Below are positions 20,653 to 32,210 of a stretch of DNA of 64,000 bases, piece by piece. Source of the DNA: a bacterium (GTDB lineage Bacteria > JAAXHH01); assembly GCA_965225915.1 (NCBI GenBank), contig OZ245326.1:3634057-3698056 (forward strand), in the 5' to 3' direction. Within the stretch, counting starts at the first letter, position 1, and each line of letters starts with the position of its first letter. The notes under the pieces are model-generated. The model did no database searches. It saw only the letters and a program-made list of their open reading frames with translations, and was not told where the DNA came from. The position numbers and the translations under genes are program-made.

Positions 20653-23599
20653 GGCTCAAGTGACTTCGCAGATAGTGACCGGTGTAGGACGCGTCGTTGC
20701 AGGCTACTTCTTCGGGTGTGCCGGTAGCGATGACTTCACCACCGCTGTGACCGCCCTCGGGGCCGAGGTCGATGACGTGGTCCGCCATTTTGATCACGTC
20801 GAGGTGGTGCTCGATTACCAGCACGCTGTGACCGGCATCGATCAACCGTTCCAGGCTGGCAAGCAGGTGGACGATATCGGCCAGATGCAGACCGGTAGTG
20901 GGTTCGTCCAGGATGTACAGGATGTGGCTTCCCCGCCGCAGTTTCCCGAGTTCATTCGCGAGTTTAATCCGCTGGGCCTCACCGCCGGAAAGGGTAGTGG
21001 CGGACTGTCCCAGCGTAAGATAGCCCAGGCCCAGCTGATTCAACGTCAGGATCTTCTTCGCAATGGAGGAACGTTCTTCAAAGAAGGTAACGCCCTCTTC
21101 GACGGACATGTTCAGGACGTCTGCGATGGTCTTCCCTTTGTAGGTCACCTCGAGCGTTTCCGGGTTGTACCTTTTCCCTTTGCAGGCCTCACAGGGCACT
21201 TCCACGTCCGGCATGAAGTAGAGCTGGGTGGTGATCGTACCCTCCCCGTTGCATTCCGCGCAACGCCCCTCGGCCACGTTAAAGCTGAACCGGCCCGGCC
21301 GGTATCCCCGGGACTGCGCTTCGTCCGTCCTGGAGAAAAGGGTTCTGACCTGGTCGTAGAAACCGATATAGGTCGCGGGATTCGACCGGGCGTTTCTGCC
21401 GATGGGAGACTGGTCGATACTGATCACGTGGCTGATATGTTCCACGCCTTCAATCCCATCGTGGTCTCCCGACAGTACGCGGCTGTCGTATAGCCGGTTG
21501 TAGAGTTTCTTGAACAGTACTTCGTTGATCAGCGTACTCTTGCCTGAACCCGACGCACCGGTCACGCAGACAAACTGTCCCAGGGGAATATCGACGTCGA
21601 TGTTCTTGAGGTTGTTTTCCCGCGCGCCCAATATGCGTAGCGTCCGGCCGGTAGCCTTTCGTCGGTTCCGTGGGGCTTCGATGTTCCGAACGCCCGAAAG
21701 ATACTGCCCGGTGGGCGACTCCGGGCAGTTCAGGACATCTGAAAGGTCTCCCTGCACGACCACTTCTCCGCCGTGTACCCCCGGCCCTGGTCCCATTTCG
21801 ACGACATGTTCGGCCGCACGAATGGTTTCCTCGTCGTGTTCCACCACGATGACCGTGTTGCCGAGATCCCGTAACTGTCTCAGCGTCCTGATCATCTTCA
21901 TGTTGTCCTTGGGATGAAGGCCGATGCTCGGTTCGTCCAGCACGTAAAGCATGCCCATCAACCCGGAGCCGATCTGTGTGGAAAGCCGGATCCTTTGGGC
22001 CTCGCCGCCGGAAAGGGTACCGGCGCGGCGGTTGAAGCTCAGGTAGTCCAGGCCTATGCCCAGAAGAAGATCGAGACGGCCGGCGATCTCTCGAATGACC
22101 TGTTTGCCGGCGAGCTTTTGACGACCGGTGGGCGCGATCGAATCCAGTTCATCTCGCAGCTCGTCGAAGTTTATCTCGCCGAGATCGTGGATCGTTCGTC
22201 CATTGATCCGGAACAGATGGCGGGTTCCCCTGAGCCGGGATCCATTGCAGTCTGGACACACACGTTCCACCATGACCTTTTCCAGCCAGGCTTCCATGCC
22301 GGAACTGGCAACCTGCTTCTGTCGGTATCTCTTGTAGTTTCTTTCGATACCCTTGCCGATCCCGCCGAATCCCCAGGGTTTGCCCAGGAGCTTGTGATCC
22401 TGTTCTTTGGCATCGGGAGGCGACAGCAAGGGAAACTTCTCGTGCGTGCCGTCGAAAAGGACGTCCTTGATTTGGGAAGGGAATGAATCGAAGGGGGAAT
22501 CCAGGCTGAAACCCATGTGCCGGGAGAGACTGTACATGACACGTCCGGACCAGGTGTCCGGTCTGTAATTGTACGCGTCTTTTACGAAACATCCGCCCCG
22601 TATGCTCAACGATTTGTCCGGTACCAGCAGATCGCGGTGCACGACCATGTACGTTCCGAGTCCCATGCAGGTCCGGCACGCGCTGGACGGATTGTTGAAC
22701 TGGAAATAATCGGGAACCAGGTCGCCTACCGCGAGGTGATGTTCCGGGCATCCGAAGTTAGCGTAGAAACTCTCCAAGGCGCGCGCCTGGCTGCACTCAG
22801 CTAAATGCACTTTCAGGAACTGGTCGCCCACAAGCAACGCGTTTTGTATGCCCGTGGCGAGTTGCTTTTCCACGCCTGGTTTTAAAACGAACCGGTCCAC
22901 GATGACCTCCATCTGCTGGGCATCCGCATCATCGACGTCAACTTCGCCGCTGATGTCCACGCTGACACCGTCGATCACCAGGCGCCGATATCCTTTCTTG
23001 CGGATTTCCGCAAACAGAAAGTCCAGGTCTTCGCCGTAAATCCGGGACACCGGGGCACGTAATTCCACCTCGGTTCCTTCAGGCAGGCTCAGTAGTTCGT
23101 CCAATATCTGCGTGCTGGTCTTAATGGGAAGGTCAAGTCCGCAATGGGGACAGCCGGCCCTGCTGATGGTGGCGAACAACAGGTTCAGGTAACTGCTGAC
23201 GTCCGTCATGGTGCCCACGGTGGACCGTGGATTGCGCGCCACGGTCTTCTGTTCGATGGAGATGACGGGTGAGAGACCGAAGAGGTAGTCCACGTCCGGT
23301 TTGCCCACTTGCTGAATGAAGCGGCGGGCATAGGCGGACAGCGACTCCATGTATCTCCGCTGACCTTCCGCGTAGATCGTATCGAAAGCCAGGGACGATT
23401 TACCCGAACCGGAAACCCCGGTCACCACGATCAAGCGGTTCCGCGGGAGTTCCACGGTGATGTCCCTGAGATTGTGTTCACGGGCTCCCTGGACAAGAAT
23501 GGTCGAACGAGGAACCTGCCGGCCGACCTCCCCGTTACCGGATGGTACAGATGGGGCGAACGCGGCTGAGCGGTTACGCGCCGTGGATTCAGACATCAT
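20630..23599 (-). CDS. uvrA: Excinuclease ABC subunit A (divergent UvrA)
   Basis: Two ABC cassettes (GVSGSGKSS and GASGSGKST; LSGGEAQR twice; LDEP twice), Zn-finger CxxC pairs, UvrB-binding insertion apparently present. Confidence 0.93.
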   Translation of the reverse strand: MMSESTARNRSAAFAPSVPSGNGEVGRQVPRSTILVQGAREHNLRDITVELPRNRLIVVTGVSGSGKSSLAFDTIYAEGQRRYMESLSAYARRFIQQVGKPDVDYLFGLSPVISIEQKTVARNPRSTVGTMTDVSSYLNLLFATISRAGCPHCGLDLPIKTSTQILDELLSLPEGTEVELRAPVSRIYGEDLDFLFAEIRKKGYRRLVIDGVSVDISGEVDVDDADAQQMEVIVDRFVLKPGVEKQLATGIQNALLVGDQFLKVHLAECSQARALESFYANFGCPEHHLAVGDLVPDYFQFNNPSSACRTCMGLGTYMVVHRDLLVPDKSLSIRGGCFVKDAYNYRPDTWSGRVMYSLSRHMGFSLDSPFDSFPSQIKDVLFDGTHEKFPLLSPPDAKEQDHKLLGKPWGFGGIGKGIERNYKRYRQKQVASSGMEAWLEKVMVERVCPDCNGSRLRGTRHLFRINGRTIHDLGEINFDELRDELDSIAPTGRQKLAGKQVIREIAGRLDLLLGIGLDYLSFNRRAGTLSGGEAQRIRLSTQIGSGLMGMLYVLDEPSIGLHPKDNMKMIRTLRQLRDLGNTVIVVEHDEETIRAAEHVVEMGPGPGVHGGEVVVQGDLSDVLNCPESPTGQYLSGVRNIEAPRNRRKATGRTLRILGARENNLKNIDVDIPLGQFVCVTGASGSGKSTLINEVLFKKLYNRLYDSRVLSGDHDGIEGVEHISHVISIDQSPIGRNARSNPATYIGFYDQVRTLFSRTDEAQSRGYRPGRFSFNVAEGRCAECNGEGTITTQLYFMPDVEVPCEACKGKRYNPETLEVTYKGKTIADVLNMSVEEGVTFFEERSSIAKKILTLNQLGLGYLTLGQSATTLSGGEAQRIKLANELGKLRRGSHILYILDEPTTGLHLADIVHLLASLERLIDAGHSVLVIEHHLDVIKMADHVIDLGPEGGHSGGEVIATGTPEEVACNDASYTGHYLRSHLSHEHFAAS

Positions 23600-23625
23600 G
23601 GGGCTCCGTCTTCCATCAATCAGTT

Positions 23626-24582
23626 TCAAGGCCGGAAATGGTAGAAAGCAAGTTCCTCGTACTCCACGTTGCTCTTGAGTGTCAGTTTAAGCGGGCTGGA
23701 AACCTTGCTGATTATCTCTTTGTCCGCCAGCCATTCACATACCGTCGTTACTCCCCGGAGGTTCATCTGGTTGTCTAAATAGGTTTCGATTTCCGTGACC
23801 GATCTGACCGATCCCTCTTCCTCCAGGTAATCGAGAATGGGCTGAAACATCACGGGGATGCGCTCCTCGAGATACCTGTCGATGTGCGCCAGGGCCTCTG
23901 CGATCGCTTCGTGCGTGGCAGGCTGATCAATCATGCGGGTGTAGACGGCATTAAAAAAGTCCGGATTCAATCGAAGTGCCTGCTGAATGACTTCGCGACT
24001 GGCCAATTGACTATGAAGAAACACCTCGATCGTTGCCAGTCCGTTGACACAGTGCAAAATGTAAAGGAAACTGTAGTGGAGATCCTGCTTTACATGTAAC
24101 CATTTCTCGGCCTTGTACAGGGTGGGGATAACAAAGGCGCCGGCTTGCATGAGTTGAACCTGCCGGTCTCTTGCCCTCAGTTCCCCAATGCCGTTGTAGA
24201 GCTCGCGTATGGATTCATCATGGGTAAAGAGCAGGCGGCTTTCGGCGAAAGATGAATGCATGAAGGAACTCTGCAGGCCGCCTTCGATCATTTTCCGGAA
24301 CGCGGCACGGGGCTGCATGAACACGTGGATGTACACGTCGTTTTCAAGGAGCGCCGCGCCTTCGGACACCTCGTCGTCGTCCCTGCCCGACTTGCGGAAC
24401 AGGTTCTTGTCGTCTCTTGTCACCACGATCAGGTCGATATCCGATTTCTCCCAGACCCGGTCAGCGGAGAGGCTGCCGAACAGGATCGCGGCCAGTATGT
24501 GGCGGTCTTCCCGGGCCTTGTCAACGAAGGCCTCCAGGGCCGACTCGAAACGCGTCTGAATGGATTGATCGGTGTGATTCAT
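23626..24582 (-). CDS. Pol-beta superfamily nucleotidyltransferase with helical and possible wHTH C-terminal domains
   Basis: AAILFGSLS...SDIDL (GS-x-DxD) motif. Confidence 0.75.
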   Translation of the reverse strand: MNHTDQSIQTRFESALEAFVDKAREDRHILAAILFGSLSADRVWEKSDIDLIVVTRDDKNLFRKSGRDDDEVSEGAALLENDVYIHVFMQPRAAFRKMIEGGLQSSFMHSSFAESRLLFTHDESIRELYNGIGELRARDRQVQLMQAGAFVIPTLYKAEKWLHVKQDLHYSFLYILHCVNGLATIEVFLHSQLASREVIQQALRLNPDFFNAVYTRMIDQPATHEAIAEALAHIDRYLEERIPVMFQPILDYLEEEGSVRSVTEIETYLDNQMNLRGVTTVCEWLADKEIISKVSSPLKLTLKSNVEYEELAFYHFRP

Positions 24583-24769
24583 CGGGAATTTTCCTGTTAG
24601 GCGTCCCTTAAACCCGCGGAAGGCTATGAGGACATCCGCGTTTATATAACGAACTACAGAGCCCGCGTCAACGTACAAAGCCCCCGGTTGTATGCATGGA
24701 AAACCCTTGATACCCGGCCGCGACAGCATTTACATGACAACTGGCCTCCTGGCCCTTCTTATGGTTTGA

Positions 24770-26386
24770 ATGACCAGCTTCCACGGAACACTCGGTGCGT
24801 TTCTGAAGGAAAACCTCGTGTCTGCCACCTCAATTAATCGGGACCGCACCGAAGTTCGGACCGCCCTGGCCCACCGGGGCCATCTCGCGACCGTCCTGAG
24901 GCCCGATCCGACCCTGATAGAACGGATCGGCGGACGATCGGTGATTGCATGCGTGATCGACGGCCTGTATGACCGCATCGAAAACGATTCCGATCTGCGT
25001 CCTATGTTTACCCGCACGCTGACTTCCGAACGCATGAAACAGAAGGCCTTTTTGGAAGAATGGATGGGCGGAGAGCCGGGCTATACCCATCACCACGCTT
25101 ACGGCGGGATGCGAAACCGGCACGGCCATATCCACATCACCAGCGAGTCCGCGGAGCGCTGGCTGGCGCACCTGACCGCTTCTCTGCGCGAGCACGTAGG
25201 AGACGAGCACCTCGTAAACGAAGTGCTGAGCACGCTGGGTCCTCTCGCCCGCGGTCTCGTCAACGAGGAAAAGCCTGTCCAGAGTCCGCGGCAATTGAGA
25301 TGCCACAGGGAGAAGAGACTGAGAGAACCAGCGAAAATGGCGGCCAGGGGGCAGGTGGAAGCCCTGGAACGATCCCTGGACGAGGATCCCGCAGTACTCA
25401 ATGATCCACGTCACGGAGCGACCATACTCGTTGAAGCGGCGTTACGGGGCCATACCAGGATAGCAGCCTTGCTTTTGGACAGGGGGGTGGATGTAAATCT
25501 ACCGGCGGCTCACTCGAGTGACATCATGATGACCGCCCACTGTGCCGCGCTAAGCAAGAAGAAGGATGAAACGGCCGATTTCCTGTTGGACCGGGGGGCT
25601 GTCTACGATGTATTCAGCGCCTGTTTCCTCGGTGACATGGACAGGGTTTCCACTTTGCTCAATGAACTACACGGCCTGGTCAACGCGCATGACCCCGCCT
25701 GCGATTTTCTGCCCGTGACTCCGTTGCACCACGCCGTGTACGGTGGCCATGAACACGTCGCCAGGTTCCTGTTTGAAAAGGGTGCTGAAACCGGTGTAAA
25801 CAGCAAGCCCCTGGTCAGTTACGCCGCTGGACGGAGAATGACGATCCTGCTCCGTCTGCTGCTGCGACGCGGCGCCGACGCCTCGCGAATAGGCTGCGGG
25901 CACTGGGTCCTGCATTCGGAAATATCGGCGCTCCTGTTGGACTACGGAGCCGACGTGAACTATCCCGATGGAAACTGGATCCGGACGGCCTGTACGGGAA
26001 ACAACAGCCAGCGGGACGATCCCGGCTACGTGCAGGCACTGTTGGACAAGGGGGCCCGGATCGATACGCAACTGCGCGGCGCCCAGGCGCTGCATTTTGC
26101 GGCCAAGGCAGGATTCACGGGGGTCATGGAGGTGTTATTGGACAACGGCGCCCCGGTGGACCGGCGAAGCGACCAGGGCGAAACGCCCCTGTTTTACGCA
26201 CTGAAAGCCGGCCCCAGGGCGGACATGGTAAAGTCCGTGGAATTGCTGCTTTCTCACGGGGCAAACCCACACTGCGAAGACCGGATGGGTAAAACTCCGG
26301 TGGGAATCGCCCGCCGCATGAAACGTCCCGATAAGGCATGCATCGTCTCGGTGCTGGAAACCGCTAGTCCTTCCGTACCGGCATAA
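24770..26386 (+). CDS. Group II truncated haemoglobin fused to ankyrin repeats
   Basis: IGG...LYDRI..D..LRPMF...EWMGG...Y...MRNRH...RWL globin pattern, followed by TPLHHA, ALHFAA and TPLFYA ankyrin repeats. Confidence 0.8.
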   Translation: MTSFHGTLGAFLKENLVSATSINRDRTEVRTALAHRGHLATVLRPDPTLIERIGGRSVIACVIDGLYDRIENDSDLRPMFTRTLTSERMKQKAFLEEWMGGEPGYTHHHAYGGMRNRHGHIHITSESAERWLAHLTASLREHVGDEHLVNEVLSTLGPLARGLVNEEKPVQSPRQLRCHREKRLREPAKMAARGQVEALERSLDEDPAVLNDPRHGATILVEAALRGHTRIAALLLDRGVDVNLPAAHSSDIMMTAHCAALSKKKDETADFLLDRGAVYDVFSACFLGDMDRVSTLLNELHGLVNAHDPACDFLPVTPLHHAVYGGHEHVARFLFEKGAETGVNSKPLVSYAAGRRMTILLRLLLRRGADASRIGCGHWVLHSEISALLLDYGADVNYPDGNWIRTACTGNNSQRDDPGYVQALLDKGARIDTQLRGAQALHFAAKAGFTGVMEVLLDNGAPVDRRSDQGETPLFYALKAGPRADMVKSVELLLSHGANPHCEDRMGKTPVGIARRMKRPDKACIVSVLETASPSVPA

Positions 26387-27131
26387 CACCTTTCAAGAAA
26401 GATACAAGGGCCTTTCTCGCAGGTGTCGGACCGTGAATTTCAATCCCCACTTCCGCCCATACCAGCGGCGTCGTGCCGTGTTCATAGTCTGTCGCGGCCG
26501 GATCGGCGCCGGCTTCGACGAGCAACTCCGCGATCTCCCGGTTCCCGCATAGATGCAGGGGCGTCTGCCCGGAATCCGCCCGGGCGTTCACATCCGCTCC
26601 CCAGCCCAGCAGCGCCCGGACCGTATCCTCCCGTCCATGCTGCACCGCGGCGTGCAGTGGCGTGCCCACCACGGTGTGGACGCCGATCTTCCCCGAATAT
26701 ACTGTGACGCCCCCATCACTTTTATGTACATGGTGGAGATCGTCTGTTCGCCCCAGCGCCGCAAGCTGGCACGGGTCGGCCGGCACGCCGCGAGCTATCA
26801 GGAACTCCGCGACCGCGCGGCATCGTTCCCCGCGACTGAGCGCCGCGGTCCCGCAGAAGAGCGGCGGCCTCCAGGTGTCCCCAGTACGCGGCGAGGTGCA
26901 GGGCGCTCCAACCCCCGTAGGTATCGGCGCCGTGGTTCGGGTCTACTCCATTCCGCAATAGTACTTCGATGACCTTCGTATTCCCGCGTTCGGCCGCCAA
27001 TTGAATCGGCACGGGATGGCCTCCCCAGCGCGTATGGGCCACCGCCTTGTTGATGATTCCGGGCTCCCGGGACAGGACTTCTTCGACCTGCTCCGGGTCA
27101 AGCATTTGTAATTCAAAAACATTCTCTGCAT
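26364..27131 (-). pseudogene. Ankyrin repeat protein, frameshifted
   Basis: Ankyrin motifs in ORF 26722-27105 (SALHLAA) and ORF 26364-26786 (TPLHAA, QTPLH, TTPLVWA) lie in different frames; the start is uncertain. Confidence 0.7.
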
Positions 27132-28715
27132 CACTACTCTCAAACCAGCTATACGCCCTGAACCCCCATGAAATCGTGAAACCAGGGCATATTCCAAACT
27201 GGCAATAACTGGACGAGTTTATATCAGTTTTGGTTCAAAAAAGGCTGAATTCCACCTATTCAGGCCGATTTCTCCGTCTTCACGAAACCTGTAGTATCGT
27301 AGTCCGATTGCGCCGAAACCCCTTACTGATAGATTTTACGGGATTTATTGACTCTGGTCTTTCTGGAGTTGTGGCATCCTATAAAAAAAACGCGCGCGAG
27401 AAAAACTACGAAAATGCCGGATCCAGGCCGGATGCTTGAGGTTTCGGCCGACCATGCCGAATGGTCGTTTCGATTACCTCGATTTATCGGGTGGAATGAA
27501 CTTGCGGGTCTGATGGCAATGGCAAGACAGCCAGTATCGAACTATCCAAGCGATTTATAACCGCTTGAACCAGGAGGCAGAAACAAGGCAGGAATCCATC
27601 ACTTTGGATGACCCGATGCGAGGAGCAATACCCAGGCACCTGGACCAGCAAAATAAGGAAGGTGGTATTGTCTGGTCGTTACAGAGCCAGGGAGAGATGC
27701 CAGACATCCATATTGACCGGATTGAAGGGCTGCTCTTTCCGAACATAAAAATGGCTGGGCAGTTTCATATTCGGAGCGAGCAAAGATCAGCCATCTGGCC
27801 AGGAGACATCTCGAATCCATGAAGAAGATCAGGATGGTCATCAAGCAGGAGTCTATCAGGTTGTGGATCATCGTTGTATCCATCTCGCATACTTATCAAC
27901 ATTTCCGTTCCGGCAGTTTGAATGTCCGTCGGGATCCTTGGTCGCCGCTACCCGATACGATCACCAGGCTTTCGGCGAACGCGAATGAGACATGTACGGC
28001 TCTTTGAACTGGAATGGCAAATGGTTTCTTGACAAGGCCTTTTCCGGTTTCCTAGTTCGATCGTTTTCTCCGTTTTTAAACACCGTATATGAGGCCAGTC
28101 CGATTGGAGGAATATACCTCCGTGACAAGACTGCGCATGGTTCGATGGTTTTCGTAAAGTTGATTTCGCTTTATCCAGGTCAGAAGGTCAGCACTGAGGC
28201 CGCGTATTACCACCACCAGAAAGTGATCAGCAGCGGCCTGTCCCCCGCACGCCTTCTGGGTGAAACCGACCTCGGATTCGTTTCAGGGCCAGTATGCACA
28301 ATTGTGGTTTTTAGTCCATCGCAACGTACCCCCACCGATCACCATCTCCGACGGACAGAAGCCAGAACCTGTAGCTTTCTCCCATTCAGTCGGTTCCATA
28401 CCTGCCTGCCACCGACATCATCTGTATCAGGCGCAACAGCATCGCTGATCAGGGCTAAATGCTCCTGATTTCGATAAGCCCGATACAGAGACCCGTTTTT
28501 CCCTTCGTTCATCTATTTGAAAGCCGATACCATCGGTAAAGGTTCCGCGACCGTATGAACCCTTCCTCAGTGTGTTCTGAAGGGTACCAATCCGATCGTT
28601 TTATGGTACAAAAACATGTCTAACTTCATGGGTTTTAAAGACTTGCATTGTTTCTCGTATTGTGCGTTCGTGTGTAGTACCAACCACGTTTATACACCAC
28701 AAAGGGAGGTACGAC

Positions 28716-29231
28716 ATGATCCGGTCTGGACCCGAAACAGGGGACATCAAGGAAAGCGCCTGTGCCTGTCACGCGACGCGTCATGAGCTGGCCCCGCTGG
28801 AGACTTTTACGATGGATCAGCTGCGGGAGAAATGGCGCGAACTTTTTGACGGCGATGCCCCACGGTACAAAAAGCAGTTTCTCCTGAGACGGCTGGCGTA
28901 CCGCATACAGGAACGGCTTTACGGTGGTGTTTCCAATGCTTCCCAATCTCGGCTGAAACACATAGCTCAGGACGACGCCCTTGCCCGCGTCGAAGTTCGG
29001 TTTGCTGGCAGGTACCGGGAACCAGGCAGGATACTTCCCGGGACCCGGTTCGTGAGGATATGGAACAACAGTCGATACGAGGTGATTGCCAGGTCGGCCG
29101 GATTCGAATACGAAGGGCAGGCGTACAGGTCCCTGAGCGCCGTGGCTCGCAAGATCACGGGTACAAGGTGGAATGGCAGGCTTTTCTTCGGACTGGTGAA
29201 GACCAGGGAAAGTGGCGGTCAGCGTGTTTGA
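28716..29231 (+). CDS. DUF2924 domain protein
   Basis: LAYRIQE..YGG, PGTRFVRIW and YRSLSAVARKITGTRWNG..FFGL; GGAGG RBS. Confidence 0.9.
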   Translation: MIRSGPETGDIKESACACHATRHELAPLETFTMDQLREKWRELFDGDAPRYKKQFLLRRLAYRIQERLYGGVSNASQSRLKHIAQDDALARVEVRFAGRYREPGRILPGTRFVRIWNNSRYEVIARSAGFEYEGQAYRSLSAVARKITGTRWNGRLFFGLVKTRESGGQRV

Positions 29232-30801
29232 TGTCATGACGCCAGACCGGACCGGAACAGACACCATCAGGTGTGCCATATACACCCGCAAAAGCCACGA
29301 GGAAGGCCTCGATCAGGCATTCAACTCGCTGGATGCCCAGCGGGAGTCGGCCGAGGCGTATATTGCCAGCCAGAGGCTGCAGGGGTGGCTCGCGCTGCCT
29401 GATCGCTACGATGACGGCGGATTCTCAGGCAGCAACCTGGACAGGCCCGGAATCCAGCGACTGCTGGCCGACGTGGACGCAGGTAATGTAGACGTGATCG
29501 TAGTCTACAAGATAGACCGGTTGTCCAGATCGCTCCTCGACTTCATGAAGATGATTGAGACGTTCAACCGGAAGAACGTCAGTTTCGTATCGGTCACCCA
29601 GCATTTCAACACCACAGATCCGACAGGCCGCATGTTCCTGGGTATTCTGATTACTTTCGCGCAGTACGAACGCGAGGTGATTGCCGAGCGCATAAGGGAC
29701 AAGATCGCCGCCACCAAGAAGCGAGGCATGTACTGCGGCGGGCCTGCCATACTCGGCTATGACGTGGACAGGCAGAAGAAGGAGCTTCGCGTGGATCAGG
29801 AAGAAGCCCTGCTTGTCAAAAACATCTTCCGTCGATTCTCCCATCTGGGGTCGGCCAGGGCCATGGCCGCCGAACTCAACGGGCAGGGACACAGAACCAA
29901 GTCCTGGACCACGCTGAAGGGCAAGCATCGGCCGGGTAACGAATGGAATACCAGCCAGATCTACCGCCTGCTCAACAACCTGACGTATATCGGCATCGTG
30001 GCGCACAAGGGCAACGAATACCAGGGTAAGCACGAAGCGATCATAACACGGAAGCTGTGGGACAGCGTGCATGCCATCCTGACTGAAAACACGCAGGACA
30101 AACAGTCAAGAGCCCGGACGAAGTCCATCTCCATACTGCACGGAGTAGTCCGCTGCGGCCACTGCAACTGCGCCATGGGTCCGACCTATACGCAGAAAGG
30201 AACCCGCCGCTACACCTACTACCACTGTGCCAAAGACGCAAAACGGGCGGTCAGCCAGTGCCGGCTGAAGAGGGTACCTGCCGGTGAAATCGAAAGAATC
30301 GTGCTGGAGCACGTTAAATCCGTATTGCAGACACCCGAGTTGCTTTCTCCTGCTTACCTCAATACTGTGGAGATCCAGCGTCTTCAGGTTCATTTACAGG
30401 TAAACGGCAATGCGCTGCCGGAAAGCAATCTTCAGAGTCTTGATACAATGCGTCCGGCCAACGGATCGGAACCACGACCAAATCAATCCATACCGGGTGA
30501 TCCGCAGACAGGCCTGTCATGCCCGCCGGATGAAGAAACCATAGCTACTTCCGGTACCGCGGTGCTGGATACCTTTTCCGAGGCTGAACGCAAAGTGATG
30601 GATACACTTCAGGCCCTGGGTCACCTGTGGAAATACCTGCTTCCCCTTGAACGAAACCGCCTGGTCCGGCTGTTGGTAGAGAAGGTGGAAATCCGCGACA
30701 GCGGGGTTGACCTGGTCATCAGAACACAGGACCTTCCTCACCTCTCCATCGAACTCGCTGAAATAGCCGGCGAGGCCAGGATAAGGAGCGTTCAGGTTTG
30801 A
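29212..30801 (+). CDS. Large serine recombinase (resolvase, recombinase and Zn-ribbon domains)
   Basis: RCAIYTRKS catalytic Ser, DGGFSG, KIDRLSRS, FAQYERE and CGHC...YYHC. Confidence 0.92.
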   Translation: MAVSVFDVMTPDRTGTDTIRCAIYTRKSHEEGLDQAFNSLDAQRESAEAYIASQRLQGWLALPDRYDDGGFSGSNLDRPGIQRLLADVDAGNVDVIVVYKIDRLSRSLLDFMKMIETFNRKNVSFVSVTQHFNTTDPTGRMFLGILITFAQYEREVIAERIRDKIAATKKRGMYCGGPAILGYDVDRQKKELRVDQEEALLVKNIFRRFSHLGSARAMAAELNGQGHRTKSWTTLKGKHRPGNEWNTSQIYRLLNNLTYIGIVAHKGNEYQGKHEAIITRKLWDSVHAILTENTQDKQSRARTKSISILHGVVRCGHCNCAMGPTYTQKGTRRYTYYHCAKDAKRAVSQCRLKRVPAGEIERIVLEHVKSVLQTPELLSPAYLNTVEIQRLQVHLQVNGNALPESNLQSLDTMRPANGSEPRPNQSIPGDPQTGLSCPPDEETIATSGTAVLDTFSEAERKVMDTLQALGHLWKYLLPLERNRLVRLLVEKVEIRDSGVDLVIRTQDLPHLSIELAEIAGEARIRSVQV

Positions 30802-31214
30802 GCCGCAACGCCTCCTTCACACTGACTGATTCCGGCAATCTACGGATCCATATTCCAATGCATTTCAGGCAGATAGGCGGCAGGAAAAGGATAGTGGTGC
30901 CCGAGGCATCGGATGATGGAGAACCCGGTCCGACCCGGGAAGTTCACAGTGCACTCGTGCAGGCTCTGGGCAGGGCGTTTGCCTGGACCGAAGCGATTGA
31001 GAACGGGACGGTCATGTCCATCTCCGACCTGGCCAGGAACCTCGATGTCGACAACTCCTACGTCGTTCGCATACTCAAGCTGACCACCCTGGCTCCAGGC
31101 ATCATCGATGCAATCCTGGGCGGTGAAGAGCTGCATGGCCTGACCCTGACCCGACTTTCCCGGTCATTTCCGGCTGACTGGGACAGTCAGCTCAAACTGT
31201 TCGGATTCAGATAG
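30798..31214 (+). CDS. Recombinase-associated small HTH-like protein
   Basis: GGRK...ALGRAFAW...SISDLA...YV.RIL.L..LAP.IIDAIL.G; overlaps the recombinase stop, typical third gene of DUF2924-recombinase cassettes. Confidence 0.7.
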   Translation: MSRNASFTLTDSGNLRIHIPMHFRQIGGRKRIVVPEASDDGEPGPTREVHSALVQALGRAFAWTEAIENGTVMSISDLARNLDVDNSYVVRILKLTTLAPGIIDAILGGEELHGLTLTRLSRSFPADWDSQLKLFGFR

Positions 31215-31495
31215 GTTCGAAGGTCCGGTGTACGTCTCCTCATGGTTTCACAATCCGGGCGCATTTTCTCTTTACATGTAACATAAAGTGGCAGTGCGGA
31301 TTACGTGCGTCGGTCCGAGGCTGATTTGACAAACCGGCTGAACTCTGACATATTACATCGTGTAACTTAAACGGCCGTTGTTGTTGGAATTCGCGAAGAG
31401 AAGGCGCTTAAGGCTTGAATGGAAAAGGAAACAGGACGAACACCCGTGGCCGCTTCATAGGTGACGGCCATATTCTCAAAAACGAGGAGAGAACG

Positions 31496-31984
31496 ATGAA
31501 AGCAGGACGAAATACCAAACTCACGCCGGAACTGGTCAGGCAAATTTGTAAATTTGTCGAAAATGGTAATACCAACGTGGATGCCTGTAATTTGCTGGAG
31601 ATCAGCACATCCTCGTTCTACGACTGGAAAGCAAAGGGAAAGAAGCAGGCGCGCGGGATACACAGGGATTTCGTTGACGAACTGGAGAAATCCAGGCGGC
31701 GGTACAAGTTGCTGCGACGTGAGATTGTAAACCGGGCGGCCCTGGGGGACACCGTGGCTACCAAAGTCAAAGGGAGAAAGCTGACCAACGGGGATATAGT
31801 AATCGAAACCACCACAAAAACAACCCCGCCAGACTGGCGACACGCCGCCAGGGAGCTCGAACGAGCTTTTCCGGAACAGTTCGGTTCCTCCTCCAGACGC
31901 ATACGGAAGGCCCAAAAGAGGAAGGTTCCGGTAGAAATCATCAATCACCTTGATGAGGTTTCAGTTGAAGCCGATGATAAGTGA
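31496..31984 (+). CDS. Phage-type HTH protein, terminase small subunit-like
   Basis: GR.TKLTPE...IC..V..G....AC...IS.SSFYDW...G and DWRHAARELERAFPEQFG. Confidence 0.6.
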   Translation: MKAGRNTKLTPELVRQICKFVENGNTNVDACNLLEISTSSFYDWKAKGKKQARGIHRDFVDELEKSRRRYKLLRREIVNRAALGDTVATKVKGRKLTNGDIVIETTTKTTPPDWRHAARELERAFPEQFGSSSRRIRKAQKRKVPVEIINHLDEVSVEADDK

Positions 31985-32210
31985 TGGATTTACCGCATAG
32001 AGACATGCCGTGTTTACATATACGAATGTTCGGTCTGATATGATAAACAGGACGTGGAGTCAGTCTACTTACAGACCAACGGAGCCACGGCCTGTCTCCG
32101 AAGTCCCACATGTTAACTACATTCTTGTACTTCGGATTCTCCAGATAGTTGGTACGAGTAACCATTTCAGCCTACCCGCCGAGACCATCAGGACTAACCT
32201 GATGCTGAAC

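Noticed and set aside
24583-24769. LexA/SOS box upstream of the uvrA-polB cluster
   Set aside because: No match found to CTGT-N8-ACAG or GAAC-N4-GTTC; a lineage-specific box cannot be excluded.
27200-28630. Several short ORFs, including 27992-28468
   Set aside because: No recognisable motifs or convincing RBS; probably degenerate DNA at the island edge.
31272-31365. TTACATGTAA and TTACATCGTGTAA palindromes as the recombinase att site
   Set aside because: Short and AT-rich, with no matching partner found at the other end of the island.
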